Origin: Candidatus Hermodarchaeota archaeon
Lineage (GTDB): Archaea > Asgardarchaeota > Heimdallarchaeia > Hodarchaeales > Hodarchaeaceae
Direction: 5' to 3'
Assembly (NCBI GenBank): GCA_048886185.1
Contig: JBHLKY010000009.1
Coordinates: 120,001 to 152,000 of the forward strand
DNA length: 32,000 nucleotides
Shown here: positions 9,292 to 18,101 of the stretch, piece by piece
Layout: every line of letters starts with the position of its first letter
Position numbering within the stretch: position 1 is the first letter of the stretch
Notes under the pieces: model-generated
The model's input: only the letters and a program-made list of their open reading frames with translations
Told to the model about the DNA's origin: nothing
Database searches by the model: none
Made by a program: the position numbers and the translations under genes

Positions 9292-11163
9292 ATGATTAAA
9301 AGTAAAAATGTGAAAGTTCTGGTTTGGTTTCTAATTGCCATTTCTTTATTGGGAACCCCCATTATACAAAGTGTAGGCACTTCTAGTGTTAATCCGATAT
9401 CTGTGGAACGGCCGAGGGGGATTAGAATGGACCAAATACATAAGAGCTTTCTCTGGTTGATTCGTAATATGCAAAGCGCAGGTTTTACACCTAATAATGT
9501 TTTTTATGGTGTATATGATAGTGTTGGTACATATAGTTATCCTATTGTCATCGAAAGAGAACAAGAAATAACTATTGATCTGAAAGATCTAACAGAACAG
9601 TTGAATAAGACAATTACTAGGCTAGAGGACATTAACGCGAACATAGATATGTTAGCTTACCTTAATAACCTATATATAGAACTCCTTGCTCACGAGGAGC
9701 TAAAAATTTATCTAAAGGTCGAGTCCGACTTATCAGTAACAAGTAGCCACGATCGAAAGGCGGTAACAATCTTTTATGACAATGATCGCAGTGTTGTTGA
9801 TACTCTCAACAAAATAAAGAACAATGAAACAATTGAAGAACAACCGTTCTCTGGCGATGAGATACTGACGAATATTTTCATGTCTTTAATCCGAGATGAA
9901 ATTAGTGGATCTTTGGATATCATTAACCAATGGGATTATGAGAATGGTTCCGAGGCGGCTTTACTAAAAGATTTCATTCATCGTCTGATTAATCAACGTT
10001 GGCTTTATTCGGAATTGAAATTTTTCTTTCGACTTCCCACAGTCAATAAAATGCGTATACTAGCACAGGAAACCAAATCATGGAATGTATCTGAAGAGGA
10101 TCCTAGGGTACTTGAATATAGTCGTTTTGAAATCTCTCAATTAATAATCGATAAACTAAATTTAGGTAAAATTGGCCAAAATCTTGTTGTTCAAGAATAC
10201 GATTACAAATATATCGAACATCATCTCTTGGGAAATCTAGTTTATAATGACACTAATAGTAATGGAATGATGGATATTGGGGTAAAAACTATTCCAGTTG
10301 GTGAGTACACCGTGACTTATCCATCAATTGGTGATGAGGCTCAATATCGTTTTGATATAAAAGAAATCCAAAACCGAAATTATCATAGTCCTCAAACGAT
10401 CAATAATGTGTTAGAATTTGGTTCTGATTTTGAAAATGTTGTGGGTTACTTACAACCATTTGAAAAAAGTCAAGATGACACTCTATTTGACACGTCTGTA
10501 GGTCAGGCTTACAATGTTGAAGAGATTTCGACTCATTTCCACTTTTCAGTAAATAATACAGATGCTAGTACAAGTTTGAAGTTTGATTATGTTATTGGAG
10601 AGTGGAATAACACTGAATCTCTACAGGGATTAGGATTCTGTCAATTAATGGCTTCAACAGTTGTAGACGCAAACAGAGAACGAACTTTCAGCTGGAGACA
10701 CAATAACAACACAGACTTAGACGATAATTATGAACAAACTTCTCAAATTTCACGTTTTAGATTGACTTATACGCAAAGGTTATTTGGTGAAATTCGACTA
10801 GATGATATTCCATATATCTGGGATGGAACTCAAGAAGTTAATGCAGTTGGTCAATTGATACCTATGAATCTTGTTGATGTAATCTATGGGTCAATAGCAA
10901 GTGAAGCTGATAAAATTCGTAGTATAAGGGGAAGCACCCAACGTAAAACTTTTCTCTACTCGGTTTCTTATCCCAAATGGGATGGGAAAAGTATTACTCA
11001 TGACCCTACGTATGCTGCCGTTGGAGGTCAAGCTGCTGAAGTATCAGGGACTCAATCTGAAACAGGAGTAGATGGTGGTATTCCAGGATTCGAAATTGCA
11101 ACAGCTTTCTTTTCAATTCCATTACTTGCTCTTATTGAGGTCTATAGACGTAAGCGTCGGTAA
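9292..11163 (+). CDS. PGF-CTERM-type sorting-signal surface glycoprotein
   Basis: N-terminal signal peptide (KNVKVLVWFLIAISLLG). C-terminal IPGF motif (PGF at 11083-11091) plus TM helix plus RRKRR, the archaeosortase-substrate architecture. DTNSNG motif and at least 8 sequons. Confidence 0.8.
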   Translation: MIKSKNVKVLVWFLIAISLLGTPIIQSVGTSSVNPISVERPRGIRMDQIHKSFLWLIRNMQSAGFTPNNVFYGVYDSVGTYSYPIVIEREQEITIDLKDLTEQLNKTITRLEDINANIDMLAYLNNLYIELLAHEELKIYLKVESDLSVTSSHDRKAVTIFYDNDRSVVDTLNKIKNNETIEEQPFSGDEILTNIFMSLIRDEISGSLDIINQWDYENGSEAALLKDFIHRLINQRWLYSELKFFFRLPTVNKMRILAQETKSWNVSEEDPRVLEYSRFEISQLIIDKLNLGKIGQNLVVQEYDYKYIEHHLLGNLVYNDTNSNGMMDIGVKTIPVGEYTVTYPSIGDEAQYRFDIKEIQNRNYHSPQTINNVLEFGSDFENVVGYLQPFEKSQDDTLFDTSVGQAYNVEEISTHFHFSVNNTDASTSLKFDYVIGEWNNTESLQGLGFCQLMASTVVDANRERTFSWRHNNNTDLDDNYEQTSQISRFRLTYTQRLFGEIRLDDIPYIWDGTQEVNAVGQLIPMNLVDVIYGSIASEADKIRSIRGSTQRKTFLYSVSYPKWDGKSITHDPTYAAVGGQAAEVSGTQSETGVDGGIPGFEIATAFFSIPLLALIEVYRRKRR

Positions 11164-11186
11164 TTTCAACATACTTTTCCAAATAG

Positions 11187-11216
11187 AGTGAAAAGGTGTT
11201 ACAAAACCTTTTCACT
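11187..11216. terminator. Hairpin between convergent genes, probable bidirectional terminator
   Basis: AGTGAAAAGGT-N8-ACCTTTTCACT perfect 11-bp stem in the 80-bp gap between the PGF-CTERM gene and the DUF917 gene. Confidence 0.6.
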
Positions 11217-11243
11217 TTCCAGTCCTTTTTTACTGTTGTTATG

Positions 11244-12332
11244 TTAGTAAGATTGATATCTCCATCCTGAATGAAAAACCTGAGGCCCAAATATCTCTAT
11301 TCCTTTTTTGGTCTTCCATAAAGGTACACTAGATTTAAAAAGGATTGTAATCTCTCGTTCCTTGGAAAAATCATTAGTCCAAGGAGTTAAGCCTTCTCCA
11401 GTCTTACTATCTACAATTAATAGACTATCAGGGCATGTAATGTACTGTTCTCCGTCCAACCAAGATAATAAATATTCATTCTGATACCAAATTTTCATGG
11501 AGTGAGTTGTAGATTTGATCATAATTGTACCCGAGGTGAACCCTCCACTCTCTATTCTTGTGAAATCCTCAACTTTACCACTTAATATCAATTGGGCATT
11601 TAATACTTCTTTGATTTTTTGTATGGGATCAAGGTTGTATTTAGCCGCTTCATTTATCTCATTTCCTAATCTAATTGCTAATGAGATAGTTCCCCTAGCT
11701 ATTCCCTTCTGACATTCTGATGCCGTCATTGGACACCTTGCTACTCCTATAGAACCATTTGATAATCTTGAAATCATACGACATGTATCTTCAGCTCGTT
11801 TATCGGAAATAGCTTCTTTCAAAATAATACGGTCTCCATAGGCACTAGCAATAGTTAGAGGTGTAATTGAAATCCCAATAACATTTGTTGTACTAATTGA
11901 TATCATTGGCTTAGAACGTCCACCACACATATCTCCATCAACAGTGATTCGGTCTAGGAGTGATCCGACCCATAGGGGAACCACAACGTTTCCAGGCCCC
12001 ATCTCAGTAGATACAAATCCTGTGAATTGTTTTCCGAGATGGTTTTCTAACAGCTCTACGGCTTCAACCATGATATTATTAGATTTCACAGACAGATTAT
12101 CAATATATTTTTTGTCTTGAGAAGATACACCGCCACCCACCATCCCAATGATGCATATCATGTCAGTTGGATTGAAATCTGAGATATCTTGTATTTTAAA
12201 GTATTTTCCCTTGGAGTAAATCTCATTTACTCGCTTTATTGCAAGAAGAGGATCACCACCCCCACCTGTGCCAAGAATTTTTGCACCATCAATTAAGTTT
12301 TGAACATCGTCATCAGTTAAGATACGAACCAA
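11244..12332 (-). CDS. DUF917 family protein
   Basis: GAKILGTGGGGDP, GMVGGG, E.GPGN, VDGD.CGGRS.P, and E.ITCPD....D..TG motifs typical of DUF917. TTG start preceded by GAGGA. Confidence 0.85.
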   Translation of the reverse strand: MVRILTDDDVQNLIDGAKILGTGGGGDPLLAIKRVNEIYSKGKYFKIQDISDFNPTDMICIIGMVGGGVSSQDKKYIDNLSVKSNNIMVEAVELLENHLGKQFTGFVSTEMGPGNVVVPLWVGSLLDRITVDGDMCGGRSKPMISISTTNVIGISITPLTIASAYGDRIILKEAISDKRAEDTCRMISRLSNGSIGVARCPMTASECQKGIARGTISLAIRLGNEINEAAKYNLDPIQKIKEVLNAQLILSGKVEDFTRIESGGFTSGTIMIKSTTHSMKIWYQNEYLLSWLDGEQYITCPDSLLIVDSKTGEGLTPWTNDFSKEREITILFKSSVPLWKTKKGIEIFGPQVFHSGWRYQSY

Positions 12333-12460
12333 ACGTAATTCCTCATATGTTAAATCTTATAATATTTTCAACAGGTAAGGATTACTTTTAATTACTTTTG
12401 ATCTAGCAAATATTGTCTTTACGTTGCGCGAACAGCTAACTTTTTCATCTAGGAAAACCA

Positions 12461-13642
12461 ATGGTAAGTACCATGAATACTTGGTTCGAAAATGTTCCTG
12501 AATTCAATCTCCATTTGATGAGATTAACTCCAAATCAGGTTAAGGATATTATTGAGTTCGCTAAGTCAAACCATTGGGAAACGAAGGATTTTCATCAGAT
12601 TTCGCAAGAGCTCGAAGAATTCATTCATACCCGTCCTTCTGATGAACCCAAATATTCCGAATTACTATATATTCAAGCTAAATTACTTTTTTTTGCTGGT
12701 GATATGTCAAAGTTGAATAATCTTTTTACTTTGACAGCAGCTACACAAAATATACCTGGAGTTCAATTATTCTATGCTTTAGGACTAGCTTTTCAAGGTC
12801 ATTCGAAAGAAGGATTAGAAATACTGAACCATATTGACTTGGATCTTTATGAGTATGATCATGTCTTGAAATTAGAAATATTGGGTGCAACTCTCTTCAT
12901 CTATTCTATCAAGCGTGATTATTTAACTGTTTCAGATTATTATTATCAAATTTACAATTTAATTGATTCTAAAAGTGAAATCTCTCATGAAATTAAGGTC
13001 CATCTTTTACCTTGGGCCTCATTACGTCAAGCTTATTCTATCCGCGCACAGGGGAAGATTTCCAAAGCGATGGAGTTGATAGATAGCTGCTATCTCGATT
13101 TGCAATCCTATCCGCATCGATTTTTCCAAGCTATGGCGTTATCTTTAATGGGTCACTGTCATCATAATTTTGGTAATATAAAAAGAGCCCTAGAATTCTA
13201 TGATCAAGCTATTGACATCGCAGTTGAAACTCAAAGTTGGATTCTTCTGTCAATACTTTATAATAGGGTAGCTTTAGCAATGATGGCTCAAAGGAAGCCT
13301 AAATTAGCTAAAAATTACTTTAAGTTGGCTGTGACCCAAGCTAGACAATCTGGAGCAGATTGGCTTGTAATTGGACCTCTAGCAAATCTTGCTCAATACA
13401 AACTTGCTGAAGGTAAAATTGACGAAGCCATTAATGATTATCATCAATTTATTGAAGTTGCCTTGGGAGTAGGGGATGAACGGGAGCTATGTTATGCCCA
13501 ATTAACACTAGCTGAGCTTTATAAGGGAATTGGCGATCTTCCAAAATCCAAATATTTTTTATCTGAAGGATTCAAACTTGCATTAAAATTAGGAATATTT
13601 CGAGCCATTTCTCGTCCAGAAGACGAGGTTGATTATAATTAG
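12461..13642 (+). CDS. TPR repeat protein
   Basis: TPR units such as ALSLMGHCHHNFGNIKRALEFYDQA, LANLAQYKLAEGKIDEAINDY and LTLAELYKGIGDLPKSKYFLSEG. Confidence 0.8.
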   Translation: MVSTMNTWFENVPEFNLHLMRLTPNQVKDIIEFAKSNHWETKDFHQISQELEEFIHTRPSDEPKYSELLYIQAKLLFFAGDMSKLNNLFTLTAATQNIPGVQLFYALGLAFQGHSKEGLEILNHIDLDLYEYDHVLKLEILGATLFIYSIKRDYLTVSDYYYQIYNLIDSKSEISHEIKVHLLPWASLRQAYSIRAQGKISKAMELIDSCYLDLQSYPHRFFQAMALSLMGHCHHNFGNIKRALEFYDQAIDIAVETQSWILLSILYNRVALAMMAQRKPKLAKNYFKLAVTQARQSGADWLVIGPLANLAQYKLAEGKIDEAINDYHQFIEVALGVGDERELCYAQLTLAELYKGIGDLPKSKYFLSEGFKLALKLGIFRAISRPEDEVDYN

Positions 13643-13794
13643 GTCGAAAAAAAGTATCTTCAAAATAAAAATCCTTACTTAGTTGAATTAGAAAGTGCTG
13701 ATAGTAGAAATAAATCGTTTAATGTCATTTTCATCATTTTTGGTCATCGTAGCTACAATATAAAAAGAGATATTGAATACCTTAATGTTTGGTA

Positions 13795-13811
13795 GATGGA
13801 TTTAATCCATC
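13795..13811. promoter_or_regulatory. Perfect palindrome upstream of archease-rtcB (operator or terminator candidate)
   Basis: GATGGATT-T-AATCCATC, an 8-1-8 dyad that is relatively GC-rich within an AT-rich spacer, about 130 bp before the archease start. Confidence 0.35.
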
Positions 13812-13939
13812 AAATTGTTGAAAAAACAAAAATCGCAACAAAAAGGTATTAATAACTTCAAAAGAAATACTTTTAAGTGTTATTTGAAATTAAACCATTC
13901 TATTTCATAAGTAGTGAAGCCTGAAAGGAATTAGATAAC

Positions 13940-14353
13940 TTGTCCTTTGATTATTTTGAGCACCAAGCTGATATTGGCATTCGAGGAAAAGGACACACCC
14001 TACCAGAAGCTTTTGAGCAAGCTGCTCTCGCAATGTTTGAGATTATGGTTGAAACAAAGGATATTCAACATAAAGATTCTTATGTGATTGAAGTTGAGGG
14101 GAATGACCTCACCGAGCTGTTGATTGCTTGGTTGAGCGAATTACTCTTTCTGAAGGATGTGGAGGGAAAAATGTTTTCAAAATTTCAGATTAAGAGTCTA
14201 GATGAAAATAAATTAGTTGGAGAGGTCTATGGTGAACCTATTGATCCTTCTCGGCATAAATTAAAACTTGAGGTTAAAGCTGCAACATATACTCAATTGA
14301 TTGTAGAAAAGAAAGATAAAAATTGGATAGCTCAATGTTTAGTGGATGTATGA
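13940..14353 (+). CDS. Archease (RtcB activation cofactor)
   Basis: FEHQADIGI, EAFEQAALAMF, LL..WLSELLF and EVKAATY motifs, C-terminal DV. Its TGA overlaps the rtcB ATG (ATGA). Confidence 0.95.
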   Translation: MSFDYFEHQADIGIRGKGHTLPEAFEQAALAMFEIMVETKDIQHKDSYVIEVEGNDLTELLIAWLSELLFLKDVEGKMFSKFQIKSLDENKLVGEVYGEPIDPSRHKLKLEVKAATYTQLIVEKKDKNWIAQCLVDV

Positions 14354-15789
14354 AAATGGCTGATCTCTTTAAAAAAGTACCTAATAGAATCAATCTTTGG
14401 ACAATTGAAAAATCCAACAAAATGAATGTTCCTGCTTTCATCTACGGAGATGAAAAGATAATCAATGAATTACGTGCTGATTATAGCCGTGATTGGAGTG
14501 CCACTCGTCAAATAATGAATGTTGCAACATTACCTGGTATCCAAAAGGGAATGTTGGCAATGAGTGATGTCCACCCAGGATATGGTTTCCCTATAGGTGG
14601 AGTGGCCGCGTTTGATGAAGAGGAAGGAGTTGTAAGTATGGCAGGAGTGGGTTATGACATCAACTGTGGAGTGAGAACCATGCTTACGGAGCTCAGTAAG
14701 AATGATTTAGAGCCTAAGAAGCAAACGCTAATTGACGAATTGTTTCACACCATTCCTGCGGGCTTAGGAAAACCAGGAAAGATTCGACTAGAAGTAAATC
14801 AAGTTGATGATTTACTGACAGGGGGGGCGCCTTATGTTGTAGAAATGGGGTATGGAACTGAAGATGACCTTAAACATTCAGAAGAAAATGGCGTTATAGA
14901 AGGAGCTAATCCCGCAAATGTTAGTTTCAAGGCAAAGAAAAGACAGTATAACCAAATTGGTACGTTAGGCTCTGGAAACCACTATCTGGAACTACAAATT
15001 GTTGAGAGAATATTCGATGAAGCCGGGGCCAAAGCTTTTGGATTGTTTCAAGATCAAGTAATTGTTTCTCTTCATTGTGGATCACGGGGATTGGGTCACC
15101 AAATCGGGACTGATTATTCAACTCAATTGGTACGAGCATCACAAAAATATAATCTGCCTCTACCTGACAAAGAACTGGGATCTGCTCCAATAAAAAGCAT
15201 TGAAGGCGAGAAATATATCTCTGCGGTAAATTGTGGAATAAATGCAGCTTTGGCGAATCGTCAAGTAATCGCTCATCTTGTACGTGACACTTTTCAAAAA
15301 ATCTTTGATATTAACATACAACAACTGTATGATGTTGGCCATAATACCTGCAAATTCGAGATTCATGATGGACAAAAAGTCTTGGTACATCGAAAAGGCT
15401 CCACGCGTGCATTTGGACCCAATCATCCCGATCTCCCCTTAAAATATCGTAGTGTTGGCCAACCTGTACTGATAGGAGGGACTATGGGAACCTCTTCATT
15501 CATATTAACTGGAACAGAGCTTGGAATGAAAGAAACTTTTGGTAGTGCATGTCATGGAGCTGGCAGAAGCATGTCCCGTAAGGCAGCGAAGAAAAAATTT
15601 TGGGGAAAAACACTAGTTCAAGATTTAGCTAAGAGGGGTATCACCATACGCGCTCATAGTTACGCAGGTGTTGCTGAAGAAGCACCTGGCGCTTATAAAG
15701 ACGTACTACATGTCGTGAATGCAATGCACGATTCTGGGGTAGTTAAAAAGGTGGTTCAAGTACGCCCAGTTGGAGTTGTTAAGGGTTAG
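14350..15789 (+). CDS. rtcB: RtcB 3'-phosphate/5'-OH RNA ligase (tRNA-splicing ligase)
   Basis: DVHPGYGFPIGGV, GYDINCGVR, GTLGSGNHYLE, H.GSRGLGHQ, DVGHN, HRKG, HGAGR, EEAPGAYKD, terminal VKG. Start at ATG 14350 (ATGA coupling) or 14356. Confidence 0.97.
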   Translation: MKMADLFKKVPNRINLWTIEKSNKMNVPAFIYGDEKIINELRADYSRDWSATRQIMNVATLPGIQKGMLAMSDVHPGYGFPIGGVAAFDEEEGVVSMAGVGYDINCGVRTMLTELSKNDLEPKKQTLIDELFHTIPAGLGKPGKIRLEVNQVDDLLTGGAPYVVEMGYGTEDDLKHSEENGVIEGANPANVSFKAKKRQYNQIGTLGSGNHYLELQIVERIFDEAGAKAFGLFQDQVIVSLHCGSRGLGHQIGTDYSTQLVRASQKYNLPLPDKELGSAPIKSIEGEKYISAVNCGINAALANRQVIAHLVRDTFQKIFDINIQQLYDVGHNTCKFEIHDGQKVLVHRKGSTRAFGPNHPDLPLKYRSVGQPVLIGGTMGTSSFILTGTELGMKETFGSACHGAGRSMSRKAAKKKFWGKTLVQDLAKRGITIRAHSYAGVAEEAPGAYKDVLHVVNAMHDSGVVKKVVQVRPVGVVKG

Positions 15790-15807
15790 CTGAACAGAAA
15801 GTAAATA

Positions 15808-16485
15808 TTAGTCAATAGAAGGAATTTCAACTTTACAGTTTACTCCCTGCTTGAATTTTTTTGCCATGGCTTTATCGCCAACAATAGTACCAAAGTGCAT
15901 AGGTATTGCTAATTTAGGATTCAGAGTTTTGGCTGCCTCAATAGCTTCTTCTGCCGTCATTACGTAAGTACCACTAACAGGAATAAGCACAATATCTGTC
16001 TTTATGTTCTTCATTTCTGGGATATTATCAGTGTCGCCTGTGTGATAGATTCGTATTCCATCCATTTCAAACACCAATCCAATTTTACTATCTTCTTTCG
16101 GATGAAAAGGAACTCCAGGTTCACGAAATTTGTTGATATTATATGCTGGGACGAATTCGAAATCAATCGAAGCAATTGTTCTTTTATCTGATGGACTGAC
16201 ATAGTGCACAGTTTTACAATCAAGCTTATCTAATGTTTCTCGAGCCATAGGTATACCAACAACTTCCGTTTTCGTGGTTGAAACAAATTTCTTGAAATCG
16301 TCGATATTACAATGATCAAAGTGCTCATGTGTGCTTACAAGGACATCGACAGGATCGAAGGTTCCTTTTACCTTAAAAGGATCAATACAGACTGTTTTTC
16401 CTAAACTATTGGTAATTATGAACCCATCATGACCTAACCAACGGAAAGTTATATCTTCAAATTTAATCAAAAAATCACCACTCAT
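15808..16485 (-). CDS. Metallo-beta-lactamase-fold metal-dependent hydrolase
   Basis: WLGHDGF, STHEHFDH (THxHxDH), YHTGDT and IPMHFG motifs. Confidence 0.9.
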   Translation of the reverse strand: MSGDFLIKFEDITFRWLGHDGFIITNSLGKTVCIDPFKVKGTFDPVDVLVSTHEHFDHCNIDDFKKFVSTTKTEVVGIPMARETLDKLDCKTVHYVSPSDKRTIASIDFEFVPAYNINKFREPGVPFHPKEDSKIGLVFEMDGIRIYHTGDTDNIPEMKNIKTDIVLIPVSGTYVMTAEEAIEAAKTLNPKLAIPMHFGTIVGDKAMAKKFKQGVNCKVEIPSID

Positions 16486-16559
16486 GTCTTCAAAGAATAC
16501 CTTAAGAATTTTTCCTCAAAAAAACGTCTATAGTTTTCTCATTCCCAATTTCGTCATTC

Positions 16560-17885
16560 CTATGGTTGGAACGTCTCTGGAGTTCTGGGAAACATACATG
16601 CCTCTCGAATGTGAGATAAATTAGCTATCCATCTAATTAAACGCTCAAATCCTAACCCAAAACCTGCATGGGGTGGCATACCATATTTGAACATCCGAAG
16701 ATACCACTCAAAATCATCTAGATTGAATCCTTGTTGAATTATTCGGTTTTTCAGGGTGTTATAATCAAAAATTCGTTGGCCACCACTTGAAAGTTCCCCG
16801 AATCCCTCTGGAGCCATTAAATCTAATGATAGTGTTACATCAGGATTCTCTGGGTTAGGTGCATAATATAATCCTCGAAGAGAAGTTGGGAAACTGATAA
16901 TAAAGAATGGGTCATTAAGTGCTTCAGATAGGACTGTTTCCTCGGGGGCACCAAAATCTTCATGAGGATTAGATTCAACACCAAGTTCTCGTACCATCAA
17001 TTTTGCTTCAGCAAAGGTTAGACGTCTGAATGGTTTTGAGGGAATTGAGAGGCTTCTATCAAGTTTCTCTAATTGATAACTACCCTCTTGTATTACTCGT
17101 TTGAGTACAAAGATGATTAGATCTTCTTGAACCTCAATAATCTCTTGATCAGAAGCAAAAGCAATTTCGTTTTCGATTTGATGAAATTCATTTATATGTT
17201 TAGGTGTATGCGATTTCTCGGCTCGCCAAGAGGGAATAATACCAAAGACTTTCTCATGACAAGCGAGTGCAGCTTGTTTGTAGAATTGACAGCTTTGGGC
17301 TAGAACTGCAGGATTTCCAAAATAATCCAAATTAAATTGTTCAGCTCCTCCCTCAGTTGATGTTGTGAGAATAAAAGGAGTAAAAATTTCTTTAAATCCT
17401 TTTTCTCGAAAAAAATCTCTTGTTGCACTGGCTATAATAGCTTTAAGATCTAAAACTGCAACAACTTCAGGATCTCTGATAGAAAGCTCTCGATATTTGA
17501 AAATTGTATCGATATCCGTTTTAGTCTTCTTCTTTGTCAAATCTAAGGGGAATTTTGAGGCAGCCAGGGAGTGGATTCGAATCATTGATGGGATTAGTTC
17601 AGCACCTAATTTTGAACGTGGATCAGATTTCACTATTCCTTTAATTGTTACAACTGATTCAAGTGTAAGAGATTTGGAATTTTTCCAAACCATAGGTGTT
17701 ACTTTCTTTTCATGAAGGGTTACTTGACAAATTCCTTGAGGATCCCGAATCGTTAAAAAGATTAATCGACCTTTATCACGAATCTGTTGAACCCATCCCC
17801 CTATTAACACTTTTAATCCCTCATTATTGCTATTAACATCGATGCATCTATGTGTTCGCATTTCTGAGTTGACTGCATAGATCAT
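16560..17885 (-). CDS. aspS: Class IIb aminoacyl-tRNA synthetase, archaeal Asp/Asn family; AspRS by pocket residues
   Basis: OB-fold GWV..IRDKG..IFL.IRD, EGGA, LAQSCQFYKQ, motif 2 WRAE, SSGGQR, motif 3 PPHAGFGLGFERL, FPR. GAGGA precedes ATG 17885. Specificity is uncertain (see findings). Confidence 0.8.
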   Translation of the reverse strand: MIYAVNSEMRTHRCIDVNSNNEGLKVLIGGWVQQIRDKGRLIFLTIRDPQGICQVTLHEKKVTPMVWKNSKSLTLESVVTIKGIVKSDPRSKLGAELIPSMIRIHSLAASKFPLDLTKKKTKTDIDTIFKYRELSIRDPEVVAVLDLKAIIASATRDFFREKGFKEIFTPFILTTSTEGGAEQFNLDYFGNPAVLAQSCQFYKQAALACHEKVFGIIPSWRAEKSHTPKHINEFHQIENEIAFASDQEIIEVQEDLIIFVLKRVIQEGSYQLEKLDRSLSIPSKPFRRLTFAEAKLMVRELGVESNPHEDFGAPEETVLSEALNDPFFIISFPTSLRGLYYAPNPENPDVTLSLDLMAPEGFGELSSGGQRIFDYNTLKNRIIQQGFNLDDFEWYLRMFKYGMPPHAGFGLGFERLIRWIANLSHIREACMFPRTPETFQP

Positions 17886-18101
17886 TTGTAAATTCCTCTT
17901 CACTCTGATTGAATAAGAAATTACCTTTTAATTCCATGCTGCCAAATATCTTTGAAGATTTTTATTTCCTATGTCCAGCTAACAAAAGGCAATAGTGCTA
18001 TTAGGAGATTGTAACCTACATAACGAGGTTTTCAATAGAATAAAAAACTTTAATGGATAAAAAGAAAAAAAGGGAGAGATAAAATTGGAAGTTCTGAGTC
18101 T

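Noticed and set aside
9148-9292. Possible box C/D sRNA (ATGATGA at 9148-9154, CTGA at 9289-9292)
   Set aside because: The C-to-D distance of about 140 nt is far longer than typical archaeal C/D guides, the internal D'/C' boxes are poor, and the CTGA overlaps the next start codon.
13940-15789. Archease-rtcB adjacency as a novel system
   Set aside because: This is a well-established conserved pairing: archease activates RtcB.
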